From: an uncultured Candidatus Saccharibacteria bacterium
GTDB taxonomy: Bacteria > Patescibacteriota > Dojkabacteria > SC72
Direction: 5' to 3'
DNA length: 64,000 nt
Assembly: GCA_964403155.1 (NCBI GenBank)
Contig: CAYOEG010000002.1
Location: forward strand, 74,296-138,295
This document shows positions 10,450 through 19,912 of this stretch, piece by piece. A model generated the notes under the pieces. It was not told the DNA's origin and searched no databases. It saw only the letters and a list, made by a program, of their open reading frames with translations. The position numbers were made by a program, and so were the translations under genes. Numbering within the stretch: the stretch's first letter is position 1; each line of letters begins with the position of its first letter.

Positions 10450-11196
10450 TTACTTTTTAATTGGTTCAAGATCTATTCCTGTCAAAGCATCTAAATCTTG
10501 CTGGATAGATGCTTGTTCAAATTCCACCATATGAGAAGATTCTTTTGCCGCATCAACCAATGATTGCACTTCCTGTCTAGTTGCTTGCCTTAACCTGAAG
10601 TAAGAACTGCTTTCATCTCCAAGAAGTACCTGCATCGAATGTGAAGGATCTACAGAACCAAGAGATAGCAACTCCCTATTATCAGCTAATTTTTTGTAGT
10701 ATGGAGATTCCGACATTGGGATAGAAGATGTTAGAGTGAGTGATTCATGTGCAGGCCTAAAAGTCTTTCCTTTGGGAAAAATCTCTTTTTGTAATCTATC
10801 TTCAGAATATTCGTAAGAACTAAGCTCCCCTTTTGGATAGCTGATCATGTCTAAAATTCTAGCCCCATATGGAGTAGAAATCAGATGTCTTTCAACTTTA
10901 TGCTCAATAGTTCCGTATTTTTCTGGATCAAGATTAGGTTCTTCATCAACAACAGGGGTCTTCATAATGACGAATTCCTCTCCAACTGATCCGAACTTGA
11001 GAGCTTCATTTGGGAATTTCTCAAGTAACTGTTTTTGTAATTCCATTGCAGCTTCAAGCCTTTGATTCTCTAAAGATTTTTCTTGTGTGTCTGTTTGTAT
11101 AGCTTGCTGAGTTACTGCGTCTGTTTGAACAGCCTGTTGAGTTACTGCGTCCGTTACTGTTCCTGTATTTTCCTCTACTTCTCCAAATTCGCTCAT
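10450..11196 (-). CDS. Hypothetical protein with acidic, repetitive N-terminus
   Basis: 248-aa ORF between valS and metG. Confidence 0.7.
   Translation of the reverse strand: MSEFGEVEENTGTVTDAVTQQAVQTDAVTQQAIQTDTQEKSLENQRLEAAMELQKQLLEKFPNEALKFGSVGEEFVIMKTPVVDEEPNLDPEKYGTIEHKVERHLISTPYGARILDMISYPKGELSSYEYSEDRLQKEIFPKGKTFRPAHESLTLTSSIPMSESPYYKKLADNRELLSLGSVDPSHSMQVLLGDESSSYFRLRQATRQEVQSLVDAAKESSHMVEFEQASIQQDLDALTGIDLEPIKK
11089..11151. repeat. 30-bp intragenic tandem repeat (about 2 copies)
   Basis: Encodes TDAVTQQA(V/I)Q twice. Confidence 0.8.
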
Positions 11197-11265
11197 TGTT
11201 AGTAAAATAAAAAATTATTTCTTCATAAAAGATATCTTTATTCAAAAGCTATGTCAACTTAAGGA

Positions 11266-13551
11266 CTAAACCTGTCCAACCATTAATACTCCCTCAGCTA
11301 ATCCCAATTTTACTAATTCCTGCCATACAGCCTCAGTAACAAAAGGAACAAAAGGATGCATAATCTTTAAATTTTCTTTCAACAACCAAAGTAATTCAGA
11401 TAGTTTTGCAATACGAATATCACTACCAATAGGTTGATCCTTAACCTCACCCTTGATCTCTTCAATCCATTTGTCACATAATTCATGCCAGAAAAATTCT
11501 CTAATAGCTTCCGCTCCTAAGTTCAACTGATACCTCTCGAGGTATCCTTTAACCTTAGTAATATGCTCATTTGTTAACTTCATCCTCTCAGAATACATAG
11601 GTTGTAAATTCTTAATACCTTCAATCTCCTCATCCTCAATATTCATTAATATAAATCTACTCGCATTCCAAATCTTGTTAACGAAATTTCTATTCCCCTT
11701 TATCTTTTCCTCCCTTAGTGGAGCATTAGAACCAGGAAGAGCATCACTGTAGTACCAAAGTCTTAAAGCATCTGCGCCATATTTCTCAAATACCTCTTTT
11801 GGTTCAATACCATTCCCCTTAGACTTAGACATCTTGGAGCCATCGGAAGCTAAAATCATCCCCGTAAGCAAAACTGTGGAGTAGGGAACATGATCAGTTC
11901 TGTATAGACCAAACATAATCATACGAGCGGTCCACCAGAACAAAATATCTCTAGCATGTATCATCATCTGAGTAGGGTAGTATTTAGAATAGTCATCACC
12001 CTCCGGACCACCCAAAACAGAGTAAGGTATCTGACCCGAGCTAAACCATGTATCAAACACATCTGATTCAGCCTCCCATATTCCCTCTGCGGGGCAGACC
12101 TCGCCTACATATATTTCTCCGGACCCGTTCGCATCAACCTTAAACTCTTCCTCGAACTTAGTAATAAGGGCAGACCTAGGGCTGCCCCCATCAGAATTTT
12201 CTTCTAACCAATCATGCAACTTTTTACTACCAGAATACCAAACGGGAATTCTTTGTCCCCACCATAGTTGTCTTGAAATACACCATGGCTCAATATTCTC
12301 ATAGAAAAATTCCAAGGCTCTTTGTTGACCTTCTGGAACAACCTTAACTTCACCATTTTTCAAAGCTTCAAGGGCTCTCTTTGCTAACGGCTCTACATTC
12401 ACATACCATTGTTTAGAGATAACGGGCTCAACAGGAGTACCACATCTCTCACACACAGCCACCTCATGTTTAATATTTTCAATCTTCACTAACAAACCAG
12501 CTTCATCCAATTCCTTACATAATGCTTTAGAGCATTCTACTGTTCCCATACCCTTAAATCTCTCAGGAATATTACCCGTCATCTTTCCTTCCTCATCTAT
12601 TACATTCACAATATCCAATCCATGTGTTTTTCCAATCTTGAAATCAACAGGGGAATGGGCAGGTGTAACCTTCAAAGCACCGGTACCGGTTTCAATATCT
12701 ACCTCTGATTCTCCAATGATTGGAATCTCCCTATCAGCGATTGGAAGTAAAACCTTCTTGTCAATGAACTCTTTGTATCTCTCATCCTCTGGATTGACAG
12801 CCACGGCAGTATCACCCAACATAGTCTCTGGTCGAGTAGTAGCAACTGTAATACCTTCTACACCAAATTTCTTTTTTGCTAATTGCTTGTCTTCTTCATT
12901 AACAAAAGGATAGACAATATATGCAAATATACCTCTTTGCTCTTGATGATCCGTATCTATATCTGCCAATGCAGTTTTACAATTAGGACAGATATTTACA
13001 ATTCGTTTATCTCTGTAAACCATCTTGTCTGCATACATTTTGTAGAATGTCTCGTAAACAACCTTGGTTAATTTAGGATCAAGGGTAAAGAACTCTCGTG
13101 TGTAGTCTGCTGAAAGCCCAATATTTTTTTCTTGAGATCTAGCATTGTCAGCATTTTGCATACAGAATTCATAGCATCGTTTGTAAAATTCTTCTCTTCC
13201 CATTTCCCATTTATCCTCGCCATTATTTTGTAACACTTTTGTAAATGCACTTTCAGTTTGGATACCTGCATGGTCTTTTCCAGGCACAAGTAGAGTAGGA
13301 TGACCTGTCATTCTATTAAATCTTGCAAATGCATCATGGAATGAATAGCCACACATATGGCCCAGATGAAGATTACCATTCGCATTTGGAGGTGGAAGGG
13401 TTATTGTAAAAGATTTTTTTACATCCAGTCCTTTGTCTTTCAAATATTGTTCCACCTTTTCTGGCGTAGAGTAGCCCGAGGATTCCCAGAGTTTGTAAAT
13501 ATTGGGTTCGGATGTACTCGATTCATATGCTTTTGGTATATTACGCTCCAT
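11266..13551 (-). CDS. valS: Valine--tRNA ligase lacking the C-terminal coiled coil
   Basis: PPPNANGNLHLGH, DHAGI, ATTRPET, WCISRQLWWG, KMSKS. Confidence 0.96.
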   Translation of the reverse strand: MERNIPKAYESSTSEPNIYKLWESSGYSTPEKVEQYLKDKGLDVKKSFTITLPPPNANGNLHLGHMCGYSFHDAFARFNRMTGHPTLLVPGKDHAGIQTESAFTKVLQNNGEDKWEMGREEFYKRCYEFCMQNADNARSQEKNIGLSADYTREFFTLDPKLTKVVYETFYKMYADKMVYRDKRIVNICPNCKTALADIDTDHQEQRGIFAYIVYPFVNEEDKQLAKKKFGVEGITVATTRPETMLGDTAVAVNPEDERYKEFIDKKVLLPIADREIPIIGESEVDIETGTGALKVTPAHSPVDFKIGKTHGLDIVNVIDEEGKMTGNIPERFKGMGTVECSKALCKELDEAGLLVKIENIKHEVAVCERCGTPVEPVISKQWYVNVEPLAKRALEALKNGEVKVVPEGQQRALEFFYENIEPWCISRQLWWGQRIPVWYSGSKKLHDWLEENSDGGSPRSALITKFEEEFKVDANGSGEIYVGEVCPAEGIWEAESDVFDTWFSSGQIPYSVLGGPEGDDYSKYYPTQMMIHARDILFWWTARMIMFGLYRTDHVPYSTVLLTGMILASDGSKMSKSKGNGIEPKEVFEKYGADALRLWYYSDALPGSNAPLREEKIKGNRNFVNKIWNASRFILMNIEDEEIEGIKNLQPMYSERMKLTNEHITKVKGYLERYQLNLGAEAIREFFWHELCDKWIEEIKGEVKDQPIGSDIRIAKLSELLWLLKENLKIMHPFVPFVTEAVWQELVKLGLAEGVLMVGQV

Positions 13552-14032
13552 TTGTAGTATGTGTTTTCAAATTATTTTCTAACAATTTTGCAGTCTCACC
13601 AAGAGAATGTGCCACACCTCTATTTCCATTCTTTAATTCATACTCTTTTCGCTGATTAATATATGCCAAGGTCTTTTGCCCAAAACTAAAATCTTTAAGC
13701 TCACTCGCTATCTCCTTCCAACCCGAAATACTTTGAATTGTTACTACCAATGCTTTAAACTCTTGTTCTTCTCTAGCAAAAAAGAATAATTGATACATTT
13801 TCCCCTGTTCCTCAAGTGCTCCTCGTAAATCTTCATCTTCTTTAGATTCTCTTTCATCATTAACAAGATAGTGTGTAAGCGAAATAGGTGAGAATGCCAT
13901 ACCCAAGGTAATTTCGCTTTCATATAGCTCTTTAATAGCATTATCTGATGGAAAGAACTTTGATTGGAAAACTCCTTCGAGCGGTTCTTCTCGTGTTTCT
14001 TCATCTTTTACTGTAGATATCAAATCTGACAT
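13541..14032 (-). CDS. Hypothetical protein between the T-box leader and valS
   Basis: ATG at 14032 just downstream of the T-box terminator; stop overlaps the valS start. Confidence 0.7.
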   Translation of the reverse strand: MSDLISTVKDEETREEPLEGVFQSKFFPSDNAIKELYESEITLGMAFSPISLTHYLVNDERESKEDEDLRGALEEQGKMYQLFFFAREEQEFKALVVTIQSISGWKEIASELKDFSFGQKTLAYINQRKEYELKNGNRGVAHSLGETAKLLENNLKTHTTNGA

Positions 14033-14046
14033 AGATAAAGTATATA

Positions 14047-14099
14047 AAATAAAAAAGCCCTTACACCAGAATACCATATTGATACTCTAATGTAAGGGC
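14047..14099 (-). terminator. Intrinsic terminator of the T-box leader
   Basis: GCCCTTACA/TGTAAGGGC stem followed by TTTTTTATTTT on the minus strand. Confidence 0.85.
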
Positions 14100-14241
14100 G
14101 AATCCACGCGTTACCACCTTACTTCTTTAAGATATCACTATCTTAAACTCACACCCTAACATAGGGTAGGGGTTCTAATCTTCATATATATGAATTTCTT
14201 CCCAAGCCTCCAAGGTGACTAATCTTGTACTAACGGTTTCC
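14047..14241 (-). ncRNA. T-box riboswitch (Val specifier GUC, ultrashort Stem I, transcriptional)
   Basis: AAGG-UGGUAAC-GCG (14120-14107) pairs with CGC-CCUU as antiterminator; Stem II GGG-AAGAA...UAGAA-CCC; Stem III UUUAAGAUA/UAUCUUAAA; terminator with U-tract; upstream of valS. Confidence 0.85.
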
Positions 14242-14280
14242 ATATTATATCACACCCATATCTGATATAATGTCCACATT

Positions 14281-15966
14281 ATGATGTTTACAAACAAAAA
14301 AGAATTATTAAAGCTATGCACATTATCAGGAACTACAGAGATTGGAAGAAATTGTAATTTTGTAGAATATTCAGATGAAATAGTAATGATAGATGCAGGG
14401 TATTCATTCCCTGGGCAAGAGATGTACGGTATCGACTACCTGATTCCCAATACTAGCTATTTACAAAAGAACAAAACAAAAATTAAAGCGATACTAATAA
14501 CTCATGGTCACTTAGATCATATCGGTGCACTGAAATGGGTATTACCCGAATTAGACTATCCTCCAATATATGCAGGTGGTTTTGCAAAAGCCCTAATAGA
14601 AGAGAAAATGCGTGAATATGGGATGTTAAGCAAGGTAAAGATATATGGCGTAGATAGAAAATCGACCATAAAAATTGGAAGATATTTCAGAGCTACATTT
14701 GTAGGTATCAATCACAGTATTCCGGATGCATTCTCAATTTTCTTAGAAAGTCCAAATGGCAACGTATTCTTCTCTGGGGATTACAAAATTGACATGACTC
14801 CAGCAAATGAACCTCAAACTGATTACGATACTTTAAGAAAATTAAGAGGGCATATCGACCTAGCATTGATGGAAAGCACTAATGCCACCAATCCTGGAAA
14901 AGCCCCTTCTGAGAAGCAGATTTTTGAAAATCTTGCAGATCTCATCAAACAACAAAAGGGGAGAGTTATCGTCGCAGCATTCTCATCATTAATAACTCGA
15001 CTATACTCTCTAATCGAAGTAGCAAAGATGACAAACAGAAAGATCGTACTTTCTGGAAGAAGTCTTGAGCAATCTTTAGATATTGCAAGAAAGAAGCACT
15101 ACATAAATATCGATGACAAGATGATTGTCAAAGAGAGGGATATAAATAAGTATGCAGATAATGAGTTACTTTTACTTTGTACTGGAAGCCAAGGGGAAAG
15201 ATTTGCAGCACTAAATAGAATCTCACTTAATGAGCACAAGTTCATTAAGATTAAAAAGGGAGACTTGGTAATTATGTCCTCTTCAGAAATCCCAGAGAAT
15301 ATTAGTAGCATCGAGAGAATGACAGATAGAATAATCGCTCTCGGGGGCGACCTAATCAAAGACACTATTGATCTCAAGATCCATTCAACAGGGCACGGTA
15401 ATCAGGAAGATATGAAGATGATGCATGAAATGATACAACCAAGAGCAGTCATGCCAATCCATGGGCCATTGACCTTTAGATATTTCAATAAACAAAATTT
15501 CTTAAAGTGGGGAATGAGAGATGAAGACATATTCCTTACTGATGACGGTCAAACATGGCTCTTCAACGGACATTCTTGGAAGAGGGGAAAGAAGATTGAA
15601 TCTAAGCCGATATTAATAGATGGTTTAGGAGTAGGTGACACTGGCGACATAGTTCTTAAAGACAGAAAACAACTATCCGAGTTCGGAATGTTTGTAGTTG
15701 TCTTGAATATGAATATTAAGAACAAACGAATAATTGGAAGACCAAGATTTGTTTCTAGGGGATTTGTCTACATGAAGGGTTCTCAGGAACTTCTCAAGGA
15801 AATTGAGAATCAGATATTTGATATTCATAGAAGCTGGCTTTCACAATCTAACAGTACTAAACAATACAAGATTGAAAACCTCAGAGAGACAATAGAAAAG
15901 GATCTAAGCAAACTCATTTACAAGAAAACTGAGAGAGAACCGATTATACTTACTGTCATTATATAA
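14281..15966 (+). CDS. rnj: Ribonuclease J
   Basis: EIGRN, THGHLDHIG, HSIPD, TGSQGE, HSTGH. Confidence 0.95.
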   Translation: MMFTNKKELLKLCTLSGTTEIGRNCNFVEYSDEIVMIDAGYSFPGQEMYGIDYLIPNTSYLQKNKTKIKAILITHGHLDHIGALKWVLPELDYPPIYAGGFAKALIEEKMREYGMLSKVKIYGVDRKSTIKIGRYFRATFVGINHSIPDAFSIFLESPNGNVFFSGDYKIDMTPANEPQTDYDTLRKLRGHIDLALMESTNATNPGKAPSEKQIFENLADLIKQQKGRVIVAAFSSLITRLYSLIEVAKMTNRKIVLSGRSLEQSLDIARKKHYINIDDKMIVKERDINKYADNELLLLCTGSQGERFAALNRISLNEHKFIKIKKGDLVIMSSSEIPENISSIERMTDRIIALGGDLIKDTIDLKIHSTGHGNQEDMKMMHEMIQPRAVMPIHGPLTFRYFNKQNFLKWGMRDEDIFLTDDGQTWLFNGHSWKRGKKIESKPILIDGLGVGDTGDIVLKDRKQLSEFGMFVVVLNMNIKNKRIIGRPRFVSRGFVYMKGSQELLKEIENQIFDIHRSWLSQSNSTKQYKIENLRETIEKDLSKLIYKKTEREPIILTVII

Positions 15967-15992
15967 TCCTCCAAATGTGATATACTTTTCGT

Positions 15993-17246
15993 ATGCTAAA
16001 CTTGCCTTTTCTGAGACACCTCTCGGATAACAATTCGTTAATAGATACAAATAAGAATGTAATAGCATTAGATATCGGTACAGAGAAGTTAAAAAGCATA
16101 CTTTTCTCTATGGATTCTACGGGTATCAACATTAAAAAGATCTCTCGAATAGACCAGCAACAAAATGCTATGAAGAGTGGAATCATTACCAACCTTGATA
16201 CAGTATTGGAGAACTGTCGACTTTCAATCGCAGAGCTTACCAATCGTCTCCCAGATGAAGAATTGCCACAATATGTAGTCATGGGTATTGCGGGAGAGTA
16301 CATACAGGGTGTCTCCATTGTCATCAACTACCAGAGGGAAGAGAATTTCGATACAGAGGTAACACAAAAAGAGCAGAATAATATCATTAAACAAATTAAA
16401 GAGAAAATCGAGGTAAATGGGAAACAAGATTTAAGTCAAAGAACTGGGCTACACAGTGAGGATATCGAAATCTTGCATATTACCAAGACAGGCTTGGAAA
16501 TAGGGGGAATGCCTGTGGATTCACTAGTTGGATACAAAGGAAGAGATGTAAAATTGAATTTCTACGCTTCCTTCGCACCCAAAACATATGTTGAGGCACT
16601 CAGAAAAGTTGCCCAAGAGCTTCATCTTGGAATCCTAGGGATTGTATCCCAACCATTTGCAGTAGCAAGATCTTTTAACGGATCTTCGAGCAAAGATTTC
16701 TCTGCAATATTCATAGATATCGGAGGTGGAACTTCTGACATCGCTGTGGTAGACAGGGGAAATATTGTTGAGACAAAGATGTTTGCATTTGGAGGAAGAA
16801 CATTCACAAAGGAATTAACAAATGTTCTTTCCCTAGATTACAGACACGCAGAGCAGAGGAAGATAAAATATTCCGAAAAAGATTTGAATAAGGACTTGGC
16901 ACGGGAGGTACAAAAAATTATGTATCCTGTCGCCAAACTTTGGATGAAAACACTGAAAACAGCATTTTACAGCTGTGATGATGTTGATACATTCCCTGGT
17001 CAGATATATCTTTGTGGAGGTGGAGCATTACTTCCTGAAATCAAAGAGGTCATGCTTGAGTTCCCTTGGAAGAAATTCCTTCCTTTCCCTGTAGTACCAA
17101 GAATCGAATACTTTACACCTCAGAAGTTAGACAATATCATAGATCATAGTGGAGACCTAAAATACATTTTTGATGTAACACCTGCTGCACTTGCTAAATT
17201 TGCGTATGATAACGAGATAAATAAATCGAAAAATATAGCAATATAA
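15993..17246 (+). CDS. FtsA-like actin-fold ATPase
   Basis: ALDIGTE, IDIGGGTSD, FGGRTFT, LCGGGALLP. Confidence 0.85.
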   Translation: MLNLPFLRHLSDNNSLIDTNKNVIALDIGTEKLKSILFSMDSTGINIKKISRIDQQQNAMKSGIITNLDTVLENCRLSIAELTNRLPDEELPQYVVMGIAGEYIQGVSIVINYQREENFDTEVTQKEQNNIIKQIKEKIEVNGKQDLSQRTGLHSEDIEILHITKTGLEIGGMPVDSLVGYKGRDVKLNFYASFAPKTYVEALRKVAQELHLGILGIVSQPFAVARSFNGSSSKDFSAIFIDIGGGTSDIAVVDRGNIVETKMFAFGGRTFTKELTNVLSLDYRHAEQRKIKYSEKDLNKDLAREVQKIMYPVAKLWMKTLKTAFYSCDDVDTFPGQIYLCGGGALLPEIKEVMLEFPWKKFLPFPVVPRIEYFTPQKLDNIIDHSGDLKYIFDVTPAALAKFAYDNEINKSKNIAI

Positions 17247-19102
17247 TGGAAGAAAACAACAAGATTACCAAGATAGTAGTGAATTCTGAAGACGAGCTGA
17301 CAGATATCGTTAGTGGAATACAGAGTGCAAAGACAGAAAAAGTCATACTCACCTTTGCGGAAGAATCAGATATCCTCATTAGTCCTATCAATCTCGCTGT
17401 TATAAAAGAAACTGCAGATGAGGTAGAGAAGGTCTTAGTATGCCAAATTATCAAAAATCCTACAGGATTAAGAAATTCAAAAATGGCAGGTATCATAACA
17501 ATAGATACCCCAAATAACCCAACTGAAGATACATGGGCAGAAGCAAAAAAAGTGGAAGAGCCAATTACAGAAGCTGTTAAAGAAATTCCCGAACATCCAG
17601 TGGAGAAAAAAGATTTTAATACTGAGAATCCCAATAATTCAACAGATTTCGAGAAACGAATCAATCAAGCCATCTTGAAAAATAAAAGCGAGATGGAAAA
17701 AAGAAAAGAAAATAAGACGATAAACCAAGATGGTTTAGTCATATCACTTGATGAAGATTTGCCTACTATGAATGAAGAGACCACTTTAAAACCGGATCTT
17801 TCAAAGATTGATTTTCAAAATACTCATGAAAGAAAGAGTCCCTTTGCATTTAAGATACCAAAATTACAACTTCCCTCTTTCTTAAAAAGGAAAAATCCCA
17901 GACAAGAGATACCAAGCAATGCGCCAGTATTAATAAAGAAGATGCGTAGATATTGGCCAATCTATCTCATTTCTCTCGTTTTAGTGATAATCCTCGTGGG
18001 GGTAATATATTACACAACGGTTCCATTTGTAAAAGTAAGAATATTTGTAAAGGCACAAGAGGTTAGTATTGAAAAGACTTTCGTAGGAGATACAAATATC
18101 AAAGAGATTGATTTTGAGAATTACAAAATACCAGTAAAGACAGAATCTATTGAGGAATCTAGATCAACAACTGTAACTGCAACAGGGAAAGCATACAAAG
18201 GAGAAAAGGCTACTGGAAATATTACCCTTACACATCCAGGTCCTACAGAATCTTGTACTAAGCTTGCGCTTTCGGCAGGACAAGTTGTCATATCTTCCGA
18301 TGGAAAAACATATTCATTAGATAGTGCTACAGATTTAGAATGCAATAGCTATGTGACAGTTGCCGTACATGCAACGGATATAGGGGAGGAGTACAATACC
18401 TCAAGTACATATTTCACTGTTCAGAATTTCTCTAGTAGCGAGGCATTTGGTTACAGGTCTGGTACTTTTTCTGGTGGTTCAAAAGAGGAATATACTGTGC
18501 TTTCTCTTTCTGATGTAAATACTGCAGCCGAAGAATTAAAGAAATCAACAACGGAAGAGGCAGAACAGAAGTTAAGGGCAAAAGATGGGGAATGGAAACT
18601 CATTACAGACAGTATTAAGAGTGAGGTCAAAAAAGATAGTCAGAAAACTGATGTTGCGATAGGGGCAGCGGCGACTCAGGCCAATCTTTCGCTAACTGTT
18701 ACAAGTATAGGTACTTTCTACTACAACCAAGGGTTTGATGATGGGGTGGCTACTTTGTTGACTACAGAGGCTCAATCAAAAAATCTCTTTGAAAGTACAA
18801 GTAACCTTGAATTGACACTTGGGGATGAGATTGAGAAAGAGGTGACTGTAGTTCAAAGTACTGCAGATTCTTTCTCCATAAAGCTTGTTGCTCAGGGTTC
18901 TGTTCAACCGAAGATAGATAAGGAGCAGTTTGTTAATACTTTGAAACAGATGAAGTGGAAGGAAGGATCTGAATATCTTGATTCCATAAAATATTCCGAC
19001 AAGAATACTCTCTATGAGTTTAATCCCGTTAATTTCCCGAAGTTCCTCTATCACTTCCCAAGTAGGCAGGGTGGTATCATGATTGATGTGGTAGATATAT
19101 AA
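17246..19102 (+). CDS. Bitopic membrane protein with probable baseplate-J-like extracellular domain
   Basis: Translationally coupled to the FtsA-like gene; one TM; ATG..GEKATG.IT, V.A..IGEEYN and FSGG motifs resemble baseplate J/gp47-annotated CPR proteins. Confidence 0.6.
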   Translation: MEENNKITKIVVNSEDELTDIVSGIQSAKTEKVILTFAEESDILISPINLAVIKETADEVEKVLVCQIIKNPTGLRNSKMAGIITIDTPNNPTEDTWAEAKKVEEPITEAVKEIPEHPVEKKDFNTENPNNSTDFEKRINQAILKNKSEMEKRKENKTINQDGLVISLDEDLPTMNEETTLKPDLSKIDFQNTHERKSPFAFKIPKLQLPSFLKRKNPRQEIPSNAPVLIKKMRRYWPIYLISLVLVIILVGVIYYTTVPFVKVRIFVKAQEVSIEKTFVGDTNIKEIDFENYKIPVKTESIEESRSTTVTATGKAYKGEKATGNITLTHPGPTESCTKLALSAGQVVISSDGKTYSLDSATDLECNSYVTVAVHATDIGEEYNTSSTYFTVQNFSSSEAFGYRSGTFSGGSKEEYTVLSLSDVNTAAEELKKSTTEEAEQKLRAKDGEWKLITDSIKSEVKKDSQKTDVAIGAAATQANLSLTVTSIGTFYYNQGFDDGVATLLTTEAQSKNLFESTSNLELTLGDEIEKEVTVVQSTADSFSIKLVAQGSVQPKIDKEQFVNTLKQMKWKEGSEYLDSIKYSDKNTLYEFNPVNFPKFLYHFPSRQGGIMIDVVDI

Positions 19103-19139
19103 AAACAGGGTTCTTTGTGATAAAATACCCCAAGAATAT

Positions 19140-19216
19140 GTACCTGTAGCTCAATTGGATAGAGCAATTGCCTTCTAAGCAGTAGGTCGTCGGTTCGAAT
19201 CCGGCCAGGTACGCCA
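19140..19216 (+). tRNA. tRNA-Arg(UCU)
   Basis: GTACCTG/CAGGTAC acceptor, loop CTTCTAA, encoded CCA. Confidence 0.95.
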
Positions 19217-19227
19217 TGTTGTTTCTA

Positions 19228-19314
19228 GGAGAGATGCCTGAGTGGCCGAAAGGAAACGCTTGGAAAGCGTTCGTACGAGTAATCGTACCATGGGTTCGAA
19301 TCCCATTCTCTCCG
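19228..19314 (+). tRNA. tRNA-Ser(GGA)
   Basis: GGAGAGA/TCTCTCC acceptor, loop TTGGAAA, long variable arm. Confidence 0.95.
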
Positions 19315-19330
19315 TATTAAAACATCCTTG

Positions 19331-19906
19331 TTACTTTTTCTGAAAAACACCACATGTCACTAATGGCATAGGACGCATTTCTGGATGGGAAATAAACGGT
19401 TCTCTATAATGAGAGCATTCTATTTGCTCACATGACAACACTTTGAAATTTGGAGACATAATAGATATTAATTCTTTTGCCGTAGGCCTGAGACCATTGT
19501 CTATCGGAGATTCGTGATATTCAATATTGTAGGGCACAGTTACAACACAATACCCGTCATCCATTAAAATCTCGTGCATATTCTCCAACAATATGCTTAT
19601 CCTCTCGAGTTCAACATGCTCTAATAAATTACATATCAACAGCAAGCCACAAGTCTTCGGCCTGATGCTATGTAGACAATTTCTATCTGTAACATCGCAT
19701 ACTATATTGACCCCAGCGCTTTCATAAAAATCAACTGATGAGATTTTTATATTCGTCAATGCCTCAATTTTTTTATACATATGATTTATATATGGCTGTT
19801 TCTTCGTTCTGTAGAAAATATTGCTAGAACCGATATCTAAAATCGAACTACATGGATTTAATAAAGATACTTTTTCTAAAATCCAATTAGATTCTTCTAA
19901 AAACAT
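19331..19906 (-). CDS. Class I SAM-dependent methyltransferase-like protein
   Basis: ILDIGS, NLLEHV, G.CVVTVP. Confidence 0.75.
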   Translation of the reverse strand: MFLEESNWILEKVSLLNPCSSILDIGSSNIFYRTKKQPYINHMYKKIEALTNIKISSVDFYESAGVNIVCDVTDRNCLHSIRPKTCGLLLICNLLEHVELERISILLENMHEILMDDGYCVVTVPYNIEYHESPIDNGLRPTAKELISIMSPNFKVLSCEQIECSHYREPFISHPEMRPMPLVTCGVFQKK

Positions 19907-19912
19907 AATTAG

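Noticed and set aside
14033-14077. Upstream extension of ORF 13541-14077
   Set aside because: It runs through the T-box terminator; ATG 14032 is preferred
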